A stretch of 35,161 nt of DNA from a bacterium. Its GTDB lineage: Bacteria > Patescibacteriota > Minisyncoccia > Phycocordibacterales > UBA10002. A program made the translations under genes and the position numbers. Below are positions 34,188-35,161 of the stretch, piece by piece; the first letter of the stretch is position 1; each line of letters opens with the position of its first letter. The DNA lies in the NCBI GenBank assembly GCA_030649775.1, contig JAUSFR010000013.1, positions 1-35,161 of the forward strand. The letters are read 5' to 3'. The notes below the pieces were generated by a model. The model had not been told where the DNA came from, ran no database searches, and saw nothing but the letters and a program-made list of their open reading frames with translations.

Positions 34188-34889
34188 ATGAAAGCCATTA
34201 TTCTTGCCGCGGGTGAGGGGAAACGGATGTTACCGCTCACTCTAAAAACTCCCAAACCCCTCCTCATAGTCGGAGGGAAGACGGTGCTTGACCATATCTT
34301 TGAAGCCTTTCCCGAAGAAATTACGGAGGCGATTATTGTCGTGAAGTATTTGGAGGGAAAAATCAAAGACTATTGTGGTGATGTCTTTCATGGAAAGAAA
34401 GTCCAGTACGCAGAGGGGAGCGAAAAAGGAAACGCATTTACTTTTCTTTCTGCGAAACCCTTTGTACAAGAAAACGAACGGGTGATGGTACTCTATGCCG
34501 ATGAAATCTCGAGTCCAGCGAATATGAAAAAATGTCTTGCCCACCAGTACAGCTGGCTCTGCAAAGAAACCGCACGGCCGAAATCGGCAGGCGTGGTGAA
34601 ATTAAGAGATGACGGGACGATAGAGGAAATAGTGGAGAAATCCGAAAACCCTCCGTCAAATCTCGCGGCGATTGGTCTCATGGTGCTTTCGGGGGAAGTA
34701 TTCGGATACGAACCGGTGCAAAATGCGAACGGCGAGTATTACCTTTCATCTATGATGGGCGAGTTTTTGAAGAAAGAAAAAGTGTACGCGGTGGTAACCG
34801 AGGGAGGATGTTCGCTAACGGTCCCCAGCGATATACCGAAGGTTGAAGCGTTTCTCAAAGCAAGAAACAGTAATGAAACGGCACACTAA
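34188..34889 (+). CDS. sugar-1-phosphate nucleotidyltransferase
   Basis: ILAAGEGKRM.PLT..TPKPLL, EIVEK and GEYYL motifs. Confidence 0.9.
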   Translation: MKAIILAAGEGKRMLPLTLKTPKPLLIVGGKTVLDHIFEAFPEEITEAIIVVKYLEGKIKDYCGDVFHGKKVQYAEGSEKGNAFTFLSAKPFVQENERVMVLYADEISSPANMKKCLAHQYSWLCKETARPKSAGVVKLRDDGTIEEIVEKSENPPSNLAAIGLMVLSGEVFGYEPVQNANGEYYLSSMMGEFLKKEKVYAVVTEGGCSLTVPSDIPKVEAFLKARNSNETAH

Positions 34890-34957
34890 CGAGTTATAGT
34901 AGATACGCTTAACGAATAGCGCACACGAATGGGAACTTTATACTTGTATATAACGAT

Positions 34958-35161
34958 ATGAAGAATATAAAAGCTTTCAAAACAAGGATTTTCGCGGACG
35001 GGGCCGAGAAGGGCGCAATGCTCGCGCTCGCGAAGAACCCCCTCGTCAAAGGTTTTACGACAAACCCGACGCTTATGCGAAAGGGCGGGGTGAGTGACTA
35101 TGTCGGCTTTGCCAAAGAGATTATTTCCGTCATTGCGGACAAGCCAATTTCGTTTGAGGTA
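34958..35161 (+). CDS. tal: transaldolase, small FSA/Tal type (5' part; runs off the window)
   Basis: Not in the ORF track; translates MKNIKAFKTRIFADGA...GFTTNPTLMRK...PISFEV. Confidence 0.85.
   Translation, partial: MKNIKAFKTRIFADGAEKGAMLALAKNPLVKGFTTNPTLMRKGGVSDYVGFAKEIISVIADKPISFEV

Noticed and set aside
71-34681. Numerous short antisense or alternate-frame ORFs in the track
   Set aside because: They lie within well-supported genes or repeats and show no recognisable motifs.
34870-34930. CACACTAACGA / AACGAAT / CACACGAAT words before the transaldolase
   Set aside because: Possibly a decayed 9-mer arm, but the periodicity is too weak.
1-35161. tRNA, rRNA, T-box or known riboswitch
   Set aside because: None recognised by eye; the proB leader lacks an evident T-box consensus. 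An Rfam/Infernal scan would be needed to exclude them.

Overview
A 35 kb surface-glycan biosynthesis island. Gene types, apparently leaderless promoters and repeat style suggest a Patescibacteria (CPR, Parcubacteria-like) genome; this taxonomy is inferred, not proven. The window holds five GT4 glycosyltransferases, three GT2 polyprenol-phosphate glycosyltransferases each next to a GT-C-type membrane protein, a GtrA flippase and an exostosin-like protein. Nucleotide-sugar enzymes include a Ugd-like dehydrogenase, an Rmd/Gmd-like SDR, UXS, a C-methyltransferase, a UGM-like flavoprotein, two DegT aminotransferases and an AsnB amidotransferase. There are two sets of heptose-type genes: gmhA/hddA/hddC-gmhB, and a second kinase/phosphatase/nucleotidyltransferase set followed by a transaldolase, possibly an octose route. 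Two single-gene islets with their own promoter and terminator are embedded (proB, and a GalT-like gene). The most striking non-annotated signals are: (i) a trp-like attenuator with a probably leaderless 16-aa Pro-Pro leader peptide upstream of proB; (ii) many small periodic (7-nt, about 9-nt) and palindromic elements, several inside reading frames and one nested; (iii) a 182-bp MITE with a TTA target duplication.
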